DNA of 64,000 nt from Eledone cirrhosa (GCA_964016885.1 OZ024745.1:54560001-54624000); one strand, 5' to 3'. Numbered from the stretch's first letter, positions 43,602 to 60,470 are shown. Notes: a model not told the origin generated them from the letters alone. Numbers and translations are program-made.

Positions 43602-44345
43602 TACGAGAGGGCAAGGCAGCACCTCGTTGATGTATATAGGCGTGTTGGTTATGACCTTGGCTGCTCTTACATACTTGTTTGAACATGATCGATTGAACGA
43701 GTCATGAATTATTGCTGTTTATAACCTCTGTTACGTTTACAATGCAGGAAAATATCGAATAACGGTACGCGATCAAATTTTGTGTGAAACTCGACAAATC
43801 TAATTATTTAACACAAGCTTATGGTGATGTCACTCTATCCAGAAGTAAGATTTTTAAGAGGTACAAAATTTTTAAAGTGGTCCGAGAAAATGTTGAAGAC
43901 GAATCTCGTTCTGGAAGCCCAATCTCAACAAAGGAAGAAAAAGTGGAAGCAGCATTGTCCAAAAAATCGCCGATTCACTGTTCGAATAACTGCTGAAGAA
44001 ATGGGCTTGGATAAAAATGTATTTCACACAATTTAATCAGCCCATTTGCACCTGCAAAAAATTTGTGCGAAGCTAGAGCCCTAACACGTAACTTGGCAAA
44101 GAGCTACTCGGCGAGAAGGATTCAAAATTGAACCAAATTTCTGGGATAAAGTAATAACAGGAGATGAATCATGGGTGTTCGAAGACGATCCAGAGACAAA
44201 ACGGCAAAGTGAGGAGAGGCATACGAAAAGTTTTTCTTGTCCGAAGAAAGCACGTATGAGCAGATCCAGGGTGAAAACAGATGCTTATCATTTTTTTCAA
44301 GTGCCCTCGTATTGTTAACAAATATATTTTACCTCCTGGCAGTTA
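43602..44345 (+). mobile_element. Mariner transposon 5' part (decayed transposase)
   Basis: MQENIE*RYAIKFCVKLDKS..QAYGD..LSRS..VEDESRSGSP; VITGDESWVFEDDPETKRQS..PKKARMSRSRVK (first catalytic D). Confidence 0.9.
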
Positions 44346-44651
44346 ATCGCACTTCTAAAACCAACACCAATAAACAATGGTAAAACAGCCAGACACACTT
44401 AGTCACAAACATGAACAAAGTATAGCCCATTGCAGCAATATATACGGGGATACAAGCAACAAATTAAAATCAATACACAAACATTCACATGTCACCCTTT
44501 TTCTGATCTATCTACGCGTATTACCCTGACTAAGGATTAAAGCCCTATACGTTGAACTTCTTTGCTTTCAATCTAAGCAGGAACATAATAACACAAATGG
44601 TGTTTCTATCCCTGTATTAGTCATTTGTTCTTCTATATATATAAAGATATA

Positions 44652-44955
44652 TACGAGGGTCGGTTGAAAAGTTCATAGGCTGACGAAGATACTGTCATGG
44701 AATGTGAGCAAATGAGGTTTAAATTTCAATATAGTTTCCCCTACGTTGCACACACTCCCTCCATCGGTGTTGCTGTGCTTGGATATATTGGTGAAGAAGG
44801 TCTCATACTGTAGGTAAAATAAAACAAATATCACCAACAGCAGATGTGAAGTCATCATCACAGTGACACGAGATGTTCCCAGCCAAGTGTCTTTTCTTGT
44901 TAGGGAACAAACAGTAAGATGGGCCTAAATCAGGAGAAGAGGGATGGTGATCAAT
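44652..44955 (-). mobile_element. Mariner 3' end fragment with TIR
   Basis: TIR tacgagggtcggttgaaaagtt at a TA; minus strand HHPSSPDLGPSYCLFPNKKRHLAG resembles HPPYSPDLAPSD.LFP. Confidence 0.85.
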
Positions 44956-45053
44956 ATACCCCCCCCCCCCCACACACTTTCAAGCGTGAAACTAAAAACA
45001 ATATCATTTGTCTGCCTCTCTGTTTTTTTTTGTTCTCTGTTCATTTATTAAAC

Positions 45054-45085
<32 letters not shown>

Positions 45086-45103
45086 AGTATGTATATATAT
45101 AAG

Positions 45104-45137
<34 letters not shown>

Positions 45138-45346
45138 TTTATGATAAACTATATATATGTGTTTGTGTCTATATTGTATCTGTATTATTTTTGACCGTCG
45201 GTCAGTCAATGGCAACATTGAGGACCGAGTAAGTTAGATTACCGATATAAAAGACACAGAAGCGAGAAGCGAAAACCAACCAAACAGTGAGTGTGTTCTG
45301 TTATTAATTCTGGCAATATTACACAAACATGACCCTCCCCAAGTAT

Positions 45347-45584
<238 letters not shown>

Positions 45585-46016
45585 TATATATATAATAAAA
45601 TGTGGAGAGGAGGCACACGAGTTAGGATATATATATATATATAAACACAGGGAGAAAGAGACGATTATGAGGAAGAAAAATATTTTTTTTTCCTTTTTTT
45701 TTTATTTCTCTCTCTCTTTTTTCTGGGTTAGAACGTAAAAGGTCAATGTGGAAGAAAAGTTAATGTTATTTACAAGCACTGTCGTTGAAGTTAAGCAGTT
45801 AAAAATGTGTTAATATCGCAAGAGTGCTTAGTTGAACCATGGTTCCGTGAAGGAGGAAAATGGTGGACTGTGGTTTGATATGATTTCCCTTTTTAGAGAG
45901 TTAATATGCAGGGGGAAGCAATTCTTGATGGGTGATATTTAATTTATTTAAGAAAAAGGATTAGGTAGGGTGTGAGGGAGGTAACTCTTGTAAATGTTTG
46001 ATGGTTTGTTGCAGTT

Positions 46017-47165
46017 TTAGATTGGTCCTAATTTTAGGGCATTGAGTACTGGTTGAAATGTATTAATGAAATGTGTTTCCTTTTTGGTGCGTTGGATGAA
46101 AGTAACGTTGTCTATGAATTTGTAAATGGGGAAAATATTAAAGTTTGGAAGTTGGTTGAGAGCACAATTGGCGATATGTTCACTAAATGAAATCTTTCTG
46201 TATTCCTGTATTTTAATTTGTGATTTATGGACGGTCATACGTTGACGGAGGCTGTTTTTTGTCTGTCCTATGTAGTGCTCTTGACAACCTGAGCAAGTAA
46301 AAACATAGATAAGGTTTTCAGATGCACATGTAAAGTTGTGTTTAACTGTGAAACGTTGTCCTTGTTTAAAATGGAATGTTTAACCTTCTACTAGATTTAT
46401 GCATATGCCACAGTTGGGCCTTCCGCATTTTGTTACTGTAGGGTTTATTGTGAGGGTTTGTTGGATTTTGGTTTGTGTGAGCATGTCTTTTATGGATTTG
46501 GGTTGTCTTTTGCTCTTTATAATGTTGTGTGTTTGGAGGATATTGTTCATTCTTGGGTCTCTTTTTAGTAAAGGAATGTTCTGGATCTAATGCCTCATTG
46601 TTGAGGGGGTTGTGTGTGGAGATGTATGGTAGAGTTTTTTTGTTGCGGCTCACTCCTGGGTTTGGGGTGTCTGAGTTCCTGGATGTCTAGTTTTAGGGCA
46701 CGCTGGAATCCATTGGTGATTAGGGATGGTGGGTAGTTTCTGCTTATAAGTGTGTTTTTTAATTCTTCTAGTCGTGTGTAGCATGTGTATTTATCTGAAA
46801 CTATTGTGCAGATCCTTCTGGCTAGGTTATAAGGAATTGCCATTTTGGTATGTCGAGGGTGGCACGAGTTGAATGGGAGGTATTGTTTGGAGTCTGTGGG
46901 TTTGTAGTATATGTCTGTTTCTATTTTGTTGCTTGTTTTCTTGATGAGGATGTCGAGGAAAGGGAGTTGTTCATGGCTGTAATCCATTGTGAATTGTAAG
47001 TTAATGTTGTGCTCATTCAGAAGGGTTTTGAACTCAAACAGTCTATCTATACTTTCATGCCAGAGGATGAAGCAGTCCTCCAGATATCTCTTCCAGTTCT
47101 TTTCTATGGGTTGGTAGACGTGGTTGCCGTATTTGTCTAGAACTTTGCGGTAGAGAATGGTTTCC
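46017..47165 (-). pseudogene. PLE reverse transcriptase C-terminus/thumb plus GIY-YIG endonuclease (disrupted)
   Basis: WKRYLEDCFILW, LPFLDI, YYKPTDSKQYL.F.SCHP; linker KCGRPNCGIC; TCASENLIYVFTCSGCQEHYIGQT..LRQRMTVH; contains stops and frameshifts. Confidence 0.9.
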
Positions 47166-47324
47166 AAATACTTTTCTTCCACATTGACTTTTTACGTTCC
47201 ACATTTAGCACGTTTTTTTTCCTTTTTCTTTTTCCTTTTCACTTCTTAAACCTTGTTTGTATATAAGATTATTCTTTCTGCACCTTCTGTTTAACATGTG
47301 CGACACCACACTAATACATTTCAG

Positions 47325-47366
47325 TATCATTTGATAATGCATATAAATGCAGAAACCGGTAATAGA
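47325..47366 (+). ncRNA. Degenerate hammerhead ribozyme
   Basis: TTGATAA tgc atataaat gca GAAA ccgg TA: two changes from CTGATGA; stem I weak. Confidence 0.4.
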
Positions 47367-47547
47367 CAATAATTAAAAATATAAATAGATAAATAAATGC
47401 CATTGTTAAATAATAAATAAATCAACTAATACCTCAACACTTCACACAAAGTAAAACATTTCGTTTTAATCATTTTCTAACCCAGAAGAGAGAGAGAGAG
47501 AGAGACAAAAAAAAAGGAAAAAAAAACCTTTTCTTCCTTATAATCCT

Positions 47548-47798
<251 letters not shown>

Positions 47799-48134
47799 CG
47801 TAGCCAAACGTAAAAAAGAATGACGCTTTGAGCATGCAAGGGGATGTATTTTGCTTTTGTCGAGCACGTGGGCAGATTGTTTTTGTAGAGCACGTAGGCC
47901 TTCATCCAATGTATTGTAATCATAATAGGTTTCATAGCTAATATCTTATTTTAATGAATACATGCAAAAACTAATATCATACTCGGATATAGCCAATAGG
48001 CACAGAAATCAAATATACAAAATGTAAAATCCCTCAGTACAGATAAAAGAAATCAAATTTACGCAAATAGCAAAAGGAGAAATTATAAATAAATCTTCAA
48101 ATAATATTCCTTTTTATTAATGGAGGCTTAAGGA

Positions 48135-48328
48135 AGCAAAAAACAAACAAACAAAACAGGCAAATGAGCTGTCTCTTATTCGGTCAACTGTTTAAATGGG
48201 CATAAAAGAGCAACATGCTGACTAAAATGACAAAGACTAAAGTCTTCAGTGCCTGGTTGTCTAGCTTAACATTGTATAGCAAAAAACAAACAAACCAAAC
48301 AGGCAAATGAGCTGTCTCTTACTCGGTC
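48135..48328 (+). repeat. 51-bp direct repeats flanking a 94-bp copy of 49827-49920
   Basis: Direct sequence comparison. Confidence 0.85.
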
Positions 48329-48609
48329 CTTCGATCTTTTACAATTGGCAACTACACTTCACTCATATAGCAGCCTTATATTAAGCAGTAAAAGACAAGA
48401 AAGAGAGAATATGGAACGAAACAACAGGAACAGAAGCAACATCACTAGCCATTAATGGAACATTTACACCGCAGCTTGACCTGAGATAAATAGCAATCAA
48501 ATCCCTTTGTATATTATCATCTTAAAAATAAAATAGCACCTTAGATACTTAATCTCTAGACAGGTTTGCCGCTAAATAATGTTGAGAATTTCTAATTCAT
48601 TTTGTGGGC

Positions 48610-48860
48610 ACTTCAAATGTGTTTGAAGAGAGATTTTAATAATATGTCTAAGGAATTGCTTAGGCGGTGCTCTTTGCAAATTGGGTCTACTATAATTGGT
48701 CTTAGTGTTAAGTCAGTTGTTATGGGTATATTAATACAATTGATTTTGGGCACTTTGCGTGTCTCATTAATTAATTTCGGTAAACCATAGAGATTACTCG
48801 TTTTACATCTAAAATTAGTAAGATAGTTTAATTCTTTAGCAGTTGGCAGTTTTGTATGGG
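48610..48860 (-). mobile_element. Penelope-like RT N-terminal fragment
   Basis: KTSNLYGLPKL...LRPIIV..HRLSNSLDILLK. Confidence 0.8.
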
Positions 48861-49079
48861 TGTAGCAAATCAGTGAATTATTTGTGGAACACAGACACAG
48901 AGACACAGACACACACACACGCACGCACACACAAACACACACACACACAAACACAAACACGCACACACACACACATATATATGAAGTTATTCATCCTATT
49001 CTACTTCCTCTTGATTAGTTCATCGTGCCGTTGAGCTAAATGTTACTGTACATTTTCCTGTGTTTAGGTAGACGCCACG

Positions 49080-49925
49080 TAGCTCCTAGTGGTCTTAAGT
49101 AAACTGATCTAATATATTACTCAATAAACTTCACGCCAAGAACTCTTTACGATTATACATAAAAGTTCTAGCTTGGTGACCACAGTGTACACTACTCCTC
49201 GTATTCAACTTCTATTTATTGAACTACAGGAATAAAGACTGTTATGAACACCGACAGAAAAGGCAAATAATTGCTGTACTATCATCATGTTCTGGAGGAT
49301 TAATCTACACGACATTCACGTTTTCTCTACACGTTTTGAAGCCACTAATAACATAATTATTTGCAGAGTACTCTTGTGACAAATTTGCACAAGTTATAGT
49401 TCAGCTGACTTCGAGTGACGACAGTATATGATATTGGCATATGTTCGATTCGGCGACTTCTGCAGCCAAACACACGGGTCTGCATTCGTTTGTACTAAAA
49501 CACTGCACAAAGCAAACAATATCAAATTAAAGTAGGGCATATTCTTATCAGGGAAAGTACAGTTCATAGATGACGGCGCTCTGAAATCAAATGCAGAAGT
49601 AGCTCCACAGAGGCAAATTTATTGCTTTATTTGGCACATAGAAATTTGGCCTGATTAGCTAGGAATTACGTTACATGCAATAGCATTATGAGAAAAATGT
49701 TTGCATCTTACTCAATATCTGCATCCGTGGTTACACGTTAGATGCAATAGAGATCTTCATCTAGATTTTCAGTAGCATCCCCATCAACAGTTTGTCACTT
49801 TTATGTAATGCAGCCACAGGATGGTACAACTGTTTAAATGGGTATAAAAGAGCAACATCGTGACTAAAATGACAAAGACTAAAGTCTCCAGTGCCTGGTT
49901 GTCTAGCTTAACATTGTATACCAGC
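49080..49925 (+). mobile_element. Decayed RTE-like RT fragment
   Basis: VQFIDDGALKSNAEVAPQR resembles LLFADD.AL.A.SE..LQ; downstream KFGL and TKTKV. Confidence 0.5.
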
Positions 49926-50068
49926 AACATAGATATTATACACACACCATTAAGGGGCACTGAAAGATTTGATATATTTTAATATATATATATATAAATC
50001 GTACATACACCCAGACGCCCACACACTACACTCGACATTGTAACACACGCACATACTAACACACACAC

Positions 50069-50164
<96 letters not shown>

Positions 50165-50192
50165 GCTGATAGGGAGAGAGCGAGGTTTAAGC

Positions 50193-50298
<106 letters not shown>

Positions 50299-51463
50299 TA
50301 ATGGATATGGTAAAGAAGAAGATATATATATGGATAAATATATTGTTTTGTTTCATTGGACAAGATCTTAATAATACTTGGATTTGATCGGAATGTTGTG
50401 CATTAATTCTGCACATGATGCATAAATTACATATTATGGATTACATATCATAAGGAAATATTTTGCGCAATGGTTTATTTATTTGGCTCACTTCAACAAC
50501 CTATTGATTTCTAAATACTAATTAAGTCATAGGAATTTTTGAAGGGCTGATTCCACATTGTAAACAACAATAACATTACAAACTCTGACACTGTGTGTAA
50601 TTTAGAGATAGGTGGCACCGCCTGTGCTAATATTTGACAAATATATTATATGGAAAAGAAATCATTAGTTAAATCCAAGCCAATTGCATTAGAAAACTCT
50701 ATCGCTACATTTATTTTAGTAAGTTATACAGAGGTCATTGTTAACGAAAGCAACAGAAGCACTAAACACGTATTCACAAACGAATATAACAAAACCAAGG
50801 TAAGTAAACAGCTCTTGAATTCGAACGACTATTATCTTCTTAGACTTCAGTTTGGACTAGCAGAAGCGATCATTTATCACGTCACTTGATCAATGTGTTC
50901 AAATGATGTGTCAATGAAAATAAGTAGGAAAGAAGAAGAAAATAAAGGAAAGCTTTTAACTATAAATATATTACAAATAGAGAAACAAACTAAAGTATAT
51001 TGTTTAAGTAACAATATCTAAATCTTTAAACTGTCAATTGGTTATATCTTTCAGGACAAAATGTCTGAAGTTTCAGGAGGACATTCATCAAATATCTGTA
51101 AAAAAAAACACTGGAATGAAAAATTGATGCTACTCGGGTAATTGGTTTCAGAGAGATGATTGTTATTCACAAAGAAATTCAACTAATTTATCGATGGACA
51201 TCACTGTCAACAATTTCTTGAATTCTGCTCTTTCCCTCACTTTCTCTCTGTCACTAAAATTACACGAACGCGCGCACACACTCTCTCACACACGCACACA
51301 CGCACACACAGACACACACTTACAACTATATATATATATATATATATATATCGTATTAATAACATTCCATATGATTGTATCAATGTTGCCAAATATACGG
51401 TGATGTCCATCGCGACATTTGCACCACTGAAGGCATGTTGATATAAATAGGGTAGCCCAATAT

Positions 51464-51648
51464 AATTGTTTCTACTTTTGGCACAAGTCCAGCAATTATC
51501 ACAGTGTATTACTGGTACTTTATTTTATCAACCCGTAAGGATGAAAGGCAAAGTTAACCTCGGCGGGATTTGAACTCAGATTGTAAAGGGCCGTAACTCT
51601 ATGTTAAAAACATGGTGTGCGACTCTATACCAATACTGCCTATCCACC
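51464..51648 (-). mobile_element. SINE copy
   Basis: Full family match. Confidence 0.9.
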
Positions 51649-52290
51649 TCGTCTGCTTTCAACTATATTTTTTGCACGACGATAAGACCCTATATATCAA
51701 GCGTTAACCTAATATACCCTTTCCATATACTGTACCGATTGTGTTGTTATTTCTGTTTACCTTATATATATATATATTTTTGAAGAGATGGTTTTATTCA
51801 ATGGTATATCGAAAGAAGGTGTCATAAAAAAAGGGTAAATTGGGCCCTTTTAATTTTAGGTTTTGTTTCATGCTGCAAACCAGATAGGCTTTCTTTTCCG
51901 ATGATAGACTAGTTTCGAAACGTAAAAAACTATTTTAGTGAATCACTTTCATATTTATTCGTCAATTGCTAATAAAATAAGGGATAACGATATGAGGTTA
52001 CATTAATGGAAAGTATTTATTTAGCTGTGTTGAAGGAAATTCAAAATCAACAGCAGCTTGTATTCAAACCAAATAAAATTAAAAGAAGGAAAAAAAAAAA
52101 AGGAAATCGAAAAAGACAGCCAATCTAAATAGTGAATCTGTTGACCGACTGATCTAAAAAGTGGATATATCAGTAGTCTTTTTCCACTTCTCCAAATAAC
52201 GTAGACATATATTTTTTCTTCAAATTAACAATTGAAAATATCATTACTGTACGTCTCTCCTTCCTGGAACGGTAATTAATTAATATAGTG

Positions 52291-52296
<6 letters not shown>

Positions 52297-52339
<43 letters not shown>

Positions 52340-52362
52340 GCAACATGACCCTCCCAAAGTAT

Positions 52363-52424
<62 letters not shown>

Positions 52425-52435
52425 TATATATACAT

Positions 52436-52527
<92 letters not shown>

Positions 52528-52543
52528 CATATATTATATATAC

Positions 52544-52606
<63 letters not shown>

Positions 52607-52714
52607 CATATACATATATATATATATATATAAATATATACATATATATATATATACATATATACTTGTATATATATATATATATGTATATATGTTATAT
52701 ATATATACATATTA

Positions 52715-52745
<31 letters not shown>

Positions 52746-52792
52746 CACATATATACATATGTTTATATATATATATATATATTATATTTATA
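52297..52792. repeat. Interrupted (TA)n block
   Basis: Directly visible. Confidence 0.95.
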
Positions 52793-53264
52793 CACAAACT
52801 TCAATGTAGGCTACTGTCTTTTTTTTTCTCCAAAAGAGACAGCAACGAGTATCGACAGTTCGATAGACACAATCATAAAAAATATATACGTAGGAAAATA
52901 ATGGCCGTTTCTTTCCGTAAAGAGGTTGTTGACTAAAGTATCTCATCGTCTTTATTGCTTATTTATTCAAGACTGTCTTCGGGGAATATTGTTGTTTATT
53001 ACGATGTACAGTTCTTAGTATTTTTCTTCTTCTAATTCTTTGAGTAGAACTTCCTTAATATTTCAATATTTGTTGATCAGTTTAGCTATCCGTACACACT
53101 TCCACCATTCCATCATTCCATCATTCCATCATTCCATTCATACACAAATGTATCTTTCTCACTCATCCTCGGTCAATTTATTTATTTCACAATTACAAAT
53201 ATTTTCAACCTACTTTCTCTCTCTCCATCTCTCTATGACATTATTAATTTCTTTCTATATCTCT

Positions 53265-53356
<92 letters not shown>

Positions 53357-53544
53357 GTGTGTGTGTATATATATAAGCTCTTAATATCTAGAAAAAGGCG
53401 CAATGAGTACCATATAGCATATCAATATTTATTAAGGCTGGTCTTGTGTCATGTCATTCTGGAGTTTGTCCAACAGTTACATGTTCTTTATAGAAGGCTG
53501 CAATAACAAGACAATTCTTTCAAGTGTATATTTCCTCCAAGGAA

Positions 53545-54178
53545 GACCGTTTAGTCCAGGCATGGAAACTAATTAAATGAGAAAGAACCTGGGTCAACCT
53601 AAACGCCGTGGCCGAAGGAATGCCAGCAACGCAAAAAAGGACATTGATTTATCGGAGCATTTCATTGCAAAGCCGTAAAGTGGAACTGGCTACAACAATC
53701 TCAGCATCAGAGAAGAGATAGAATACATAGCAAGGAGCAGAGAGTTGGGCACCATCTCGGTGCCGTGCAAATCCGAGGCCCTTGCCAGTAAACATTCGGT
53801 GATTCCCTGTAGAATGGACCACATTATCACGTACCCGTCCGACAGGGGCAGAAGAAGAGTGAATGTCCGCATTCCAAGGATCTCGCCACGGCTGAACTTA
53901 TGGTAGCTCCTAGGATGCGTGGTCGACTGATCAGCAGCCCCGGGTCAAGAAGAGAGCGAAACCGGTCGCTTGGAATCTGGCATGTTGGCAGGCGCTCACT
54001 GACCCCTACCAAGCGGGTAATGCGATGAGTGGAAATACCACTCTAGGGATCTATATAAGATAAGTGGTGGGCAAGTGGGAGATACTCTCGGAGAGACTCT
54101 GGGCGTCAACGAAATTGAACTGATCAGTCTGTTTCGGAGGACATTCACGGTGGGGACTATGGATAAGAAACCGGGTGT
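53545..54178 (+). mobile_element. Internally deleted Tx1/L1-like LINE fragment
   Basis: GC-richer island. ORF1-like KRTLIYRS..IEYIARSRELGTISV and ORF2-like LGETLGVNEIELISLFRRTF. Family recognition from memory. Confidence 0.45.
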
Positions 54179-54879
54179 ATATATATCAATAAACCTTCAC
54201 AAATTACTTTAAATCTTAATACAAACCATTCAGAAAACACAATATAAAGCTCATTTCTATTTCAAATATTATTGCAAACAATTTTAATAGCCTTGTCATC
54301 GATAAAAAACACCATTTGATAGAGCTTAAAACCAAGCTGAATCGCATGAAAATTATTTATGAAGAACATTTCACAAAACAGGTATTTGACACGAGCCTTA
54401 AAACAGCCGAAACAATATGTTCAAATATCGACTAGAACGCATTTGTAATATTATTATAGTCATTAGATATATTGAAAACCATCATAGCAAAGTACCGGAG
54501 ACTAGTGGATTGCGAGGGAGAATATGCACGCAAACATTTTAAATACCTTTAATTATTGAACCCCAAAGTACAAAAACTGGAACCGTGATGTAATATTGTC
54601 CAATCTAAAATACAGCCATTACGGGGAACGCAATATTGTCAAATGCTTCTTCAACTTAATTCAAAAGCATTTCTCCAGATGCCCAGGGGACAGAAATAAT
54701 CCAAATTCATTAGCCATCATCTTATGTACTAAGCCATAATCTAGAAACCGCGTCTTTAAACATCAATCTGAAACATTTCCCCCGCTTAGTAGCATAAATG
54801 CAATTGTCAAAATAGGGAGAGATATCCCCTTAGTAATATATATCAAGCTTATTCCTTGTTATATTGAACTACAGCATTA

Positions 54880-55275
54880 GTCCTTGGAGATATATAACAT
54901 GTTAAATCTTTTTTGCGGAATCTGTAGAGTCAACTTCGAGAGCCGATATTGAAAATATGAGTTCAGATTTAGACATAAAATCAAATAAAATTATCAACTC
55001 GTATATGGTACTTGAAAGATAAGAAAGTTGACAGCCTTAATATCACCAAGAACATACTGCGCCTCAGAAACAGGGGAATTCCTTTTATTTTTTATGTATG
55101 ACATCTATCCCATTTATTCAATGTTTTTCCATCCGGCCAATATCAAATATATATCACAACCAACTGTCTTTAATAACGGAAACTTAGAAAAATACACACC
55201 TGATACATGGATTAAATGTAATACGGAGTCCTGGTAGCTGGAACGACTTGGATCATATGTCTGCTCCATCTTTGC
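54880..55275 (+). pseudogene. Decayed CTL domain with WND motif
   Basis: SPWRYITC*IF..ENMSSDLDIKS; QPTVFNN; RSPGSWNDL (WND at 55239-55247); GSYVCS. Confidence 0.55.
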
Positions 55276-56235
55276 TAAACTGAGTTGAAATAGAAAATCC
55301 TAATCTTATCGCACGAAATGTCATAAATGCAACGTTAGCAAACATATGAACAGTCTACAATGCATATGATATCTTCACTGATTTAAAGAATATATAAAAC
55401 ACTGCGGCCCTGGAAATATCAGACCTTGTCTTCGATGAAATATCATGGCTACACCATAAACAGTACGTTTCTGAGAAACATCTATATTGATCATTTTTGT
55501 TGCTTAACCTCAGCTCAACTTTAATTGAACAAGTATATAGCCAACGGCTTTCTAGTGATGAGTAATTTGTCTCTTTGGGGATATGCGTGATTAAATTATC
55601 TAATGACTCTTCTCCTTATAATACACTGTGCGGTGTGACTTTATATATAGTTCGTTGCTCTTTCAGGCAGGTCGAGTACAGATTTACGCGTTAAATTACA
55701 CATCAGGTTGGTGTTAGCTAAATACATAGCATTGAAAACTCAAGAATTCAAATAATTCGCGCCGAACAATGATGGAGCCTATAGGCAGTCATTTGATATA
55801 CCGCAAATTGCAGTCATGTTTCTATAAAATCTCACTGTAAAGTATTGAAAATGAAATACATTTTTTACAATGTACGCCTTCATATGAACCAAAACTATGT
55901 GAACACTTTTGATCGTAGGGTTTTGCATTCAAGTTTATTTTGGAATTTTAACAGAAACAACCACAATATGATACACGTAGGAGCTTATTTGTCTTATTCT
56001 ACATCAAAGCCAGCCATTAGTGAGTCTACTTAATGGATTGGAATGTTTTGTGCAGGTAAAGTAACTCCGTCGTCATCCTTTTTTAATTTTTTTGCTAATA
56101 CGAAAGGATGATCTGTCCATAAATATACTACAAGTTTATATTTTTTAGCAAACAGTATATCGATATCTCCCATACTAATGCCTGTACACTTTTACTGTAA
56201 AATTGTTGTTGGATGTTCACACTAATATCTAGGTC

Positions 56236-57330
<1,095 letters not shown>

Positions 57331-58059
57331 AAACTCATACACAGCTTTTCTCTCAAATATGATATACCGAGTCTGATACAGTTTGATCATGCTTATAAAG
57401 GATTTGTCATATTTTTCTCAGTTCTTTATGCTTATTTTGAAAGAGTAGTGTTCCTAATTCATGTGTGTATTAACGTTGCAAATCTTACATAGTTCCTTCT
57501 GCAGATTAAGAATGGTCATACTAGTGGTGTATTTTTAATACAGTACATAAAGAAAAGAAAAGAGATACGACTACATTAGTTGATAGTACGACAATTCTGT
57601 ACAGAATTTCGTACAAAAGAAGGCTAATAACCGTAGAAGCTATACTGATATAGGAATATAAGTCTAAGATTAATGAAGCATATGTGAAACTAATTAACAT
57701 AACTTCCATGTTCGATTAAGAAATTTGAAATTAGGTTCCAACTATCACCTTCCACACCCATATTACTTTACAAACACTCAAAACCATGTAAGAATGACGT
57801 CAAAAGTATAACAATTTTGATTCCGGAGATGAGACCATAAATGTTTCGAAACAATACACACATCGATTTAGAAACGCTACTGCTCCAATCCAAGCTTTAA
57901 CAAAATACGACAATTCCTAAATATAATCTGGAGTACTTTTGTGTTTTCAATATAGAATATATATATATATATATATAGTAATAATAATAACTTTGAAGAC
58001 TAAATCTGTTATTTTAATGTTATTTTAATATATATATATATATATATATATGAAACAAA

Positions 58060-58230
58060 TCAGGACCCCGACGGGTGAACTCCGGTCATTTCAACAGCTA
58101 GATCCGATCTAGCTGTCGAAATGGCCGGAGCTCAGCCGTCGGGGTCCTGACTCTTTTCCTACTACCTACTCTACTACCATAGTATCGAGAACTCTAGTGC
58201 GTTATGGTCCACCTGGTTCCTTACCACACT
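58060..58230 (+). mobile_element. Family A copy 4 (diverged subfamily), fold-back
   Basis: Palindrome centred on agctagatc-c-gatctagct; GAAA at 58118, GTC at 58138; same 3' tail. Confidence 0.75.
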
Positions 58231-58487
58231 TATATACATTGTAGATGGTGATTTAAAGAAACTTCGGAGAATGTCGGTGAGGGCCTTTCTGTGACTTAAA
58301 CATTAACCATTGGGAGGTACAGAAAAACCTAATCCAACATTATCTAAAATTTTCCTCGGATTCTCTGGACAATGGATAAATATTACCAAGGTGGGATTAT
58401 CTCACTTTCTTTCTATTTCATTCATTTTCGTCCTCATATTCACTGAACCCCATCTCTCCGTTTCTTCAATAGAGTTTGTTGCCTGAC

Positions 58488-58564
<77 letters not shown>

Positions 58565-58779
58565 TGAAACTTATCGAGCCCTCTTCGGATTGTAGTCTTC
58601 ACATTTATTATTATTAGTATATATATATTCAAACAGAAGATATTCTGTTTGGTAATATTACCACCATTAATCCATCGATTATTGCTTATATGTCTGGTTC
58701 TATCGTCATTTTTCAGTCGATGCTTGAAACGAATGTTATCTATAAAAATAGCAAAAAATGGACAAGAGATTATAAATAT

Positions 58780-58936
<157 letters not shown>

Positions 58937-60470
58937 GAACCATATATATATTTATATTTTCATAGTTTAACATCTCTTTTCCTAATATCACATCACAACG
59001 TTAAATGTTCTGGTTATGGACACGAGCAATTACTGCTTCGTTAGGTCAACTCTCATGTAAACCGCTTGATAACAGCCCTAAAAAAGATTAAAAGTTCATA
59101 GATCTTGTCTTACTTATTCTCAAAGGCCGAGCATAACCAATTTTCAACTCTGCAGTATACGTTTAACGTGATATTTAAGGGAATGTAGTATCTGATATTT
59201 AGTTCATGGTCCGTGGTCCATGAAAGATCAAATCTGCAGCAGACGTTTCGTTGCGTGTCTGGAAAGATCACTTTTGTCTACATTGTTTCAGTTCACGTGG
59301 CTGTGGATAATGGTTATCAGATCTTGTGGTAAATTATCCGTAAATTTTATCACACAATGTAGATCACGAATGACCAAGCAAATGACTCATTTTATCACAT
59401 TTATATGTGGGATAAATATATATTTACTATTCAAAAGGTTTCATTGCAGTCTTCACAGCGAGCTATTTCTTTCAGTCCATAATCAAAATTAAAGACAAGA
59501 AAGAATTCAAGAGTTAACCTAGGTATATGAAAATACTATGTGGACATTTCAGTTTGCTAAGAAACCTCAGAAATATTTCCAGATACATAAATAAAATTTA
59601 AACCAGTGGTAAATCTATAATGAAATGCTCACTAATTGATAACACTCAAGACATTCAATGTGACAGTAAACCATACCAAGACAAGGGCAGTTAATGATAC
59701 CTAAGATAGACAACGGTGACATGGTAGAGACTATTTAGCATCGCATATACTGCAGTGTATATTCCTGCTCTCTGAGATCCCAGTTCAAAATTCACCGATA
59801 TCAACTTAGCACTGGATATTTTCTTACTCGACCGTTTCTTCTTCTTCTTCTTCTTCTTCTGCTGCCACCAGCTTCTGCTCACTACATCAAGAATCTGGAG
59901 TTCAATGGAGGAATTCGAAAGATGAGCAGGTCAACAAGCATAATCTACCCTTGCCATACACACGGAGGAGTATTAGATACATCTAAATAATCTGCAACAC
60001 ATATGTCTTTAGAACATTTAATTGTATTCTGTACTAGAAATCCATAGGTAAAGAGAAAAAATAACAACCAGAAAAACATAATGTAAACGAATATAGAATG
60101 ACAATTTTTGCGAGAGACTTTGTATCTTTAGAGTAGGTTTTAGGGAAAATGTCATGAAATACAGAATAATTTGGTGAAGAAATGCAGAGATTGAGTGTAT
60201 GGCTGACTGATCGAAATGAATTTAGAATGTTTCTTTGGAATAACACTAACATTATACCACATGTTGTTCTAAATGACTGGATACCCTCCTATTACAAGCT
60301 TCATGTGTTTTTACGTTTGTAGTCCGTATCGCTCCTCAGCGATACATAGATGCATACATACAAACACGTACACACATATGCACACATATAGCCCCTCCCC
60401 CCCATATATATATATATTAAAATGAATACCTAAATATACGTATATATATCAAAAACATTGCAAAACAAAT

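Noticed and set aside
53920-53972. Hammerhead-like CTGATCA..gcGAAAccggTC
   Set aside because: Core is CTGATCA rather than CTGANGA, stem I does not pair, and it lies within a LINE coding remnant.
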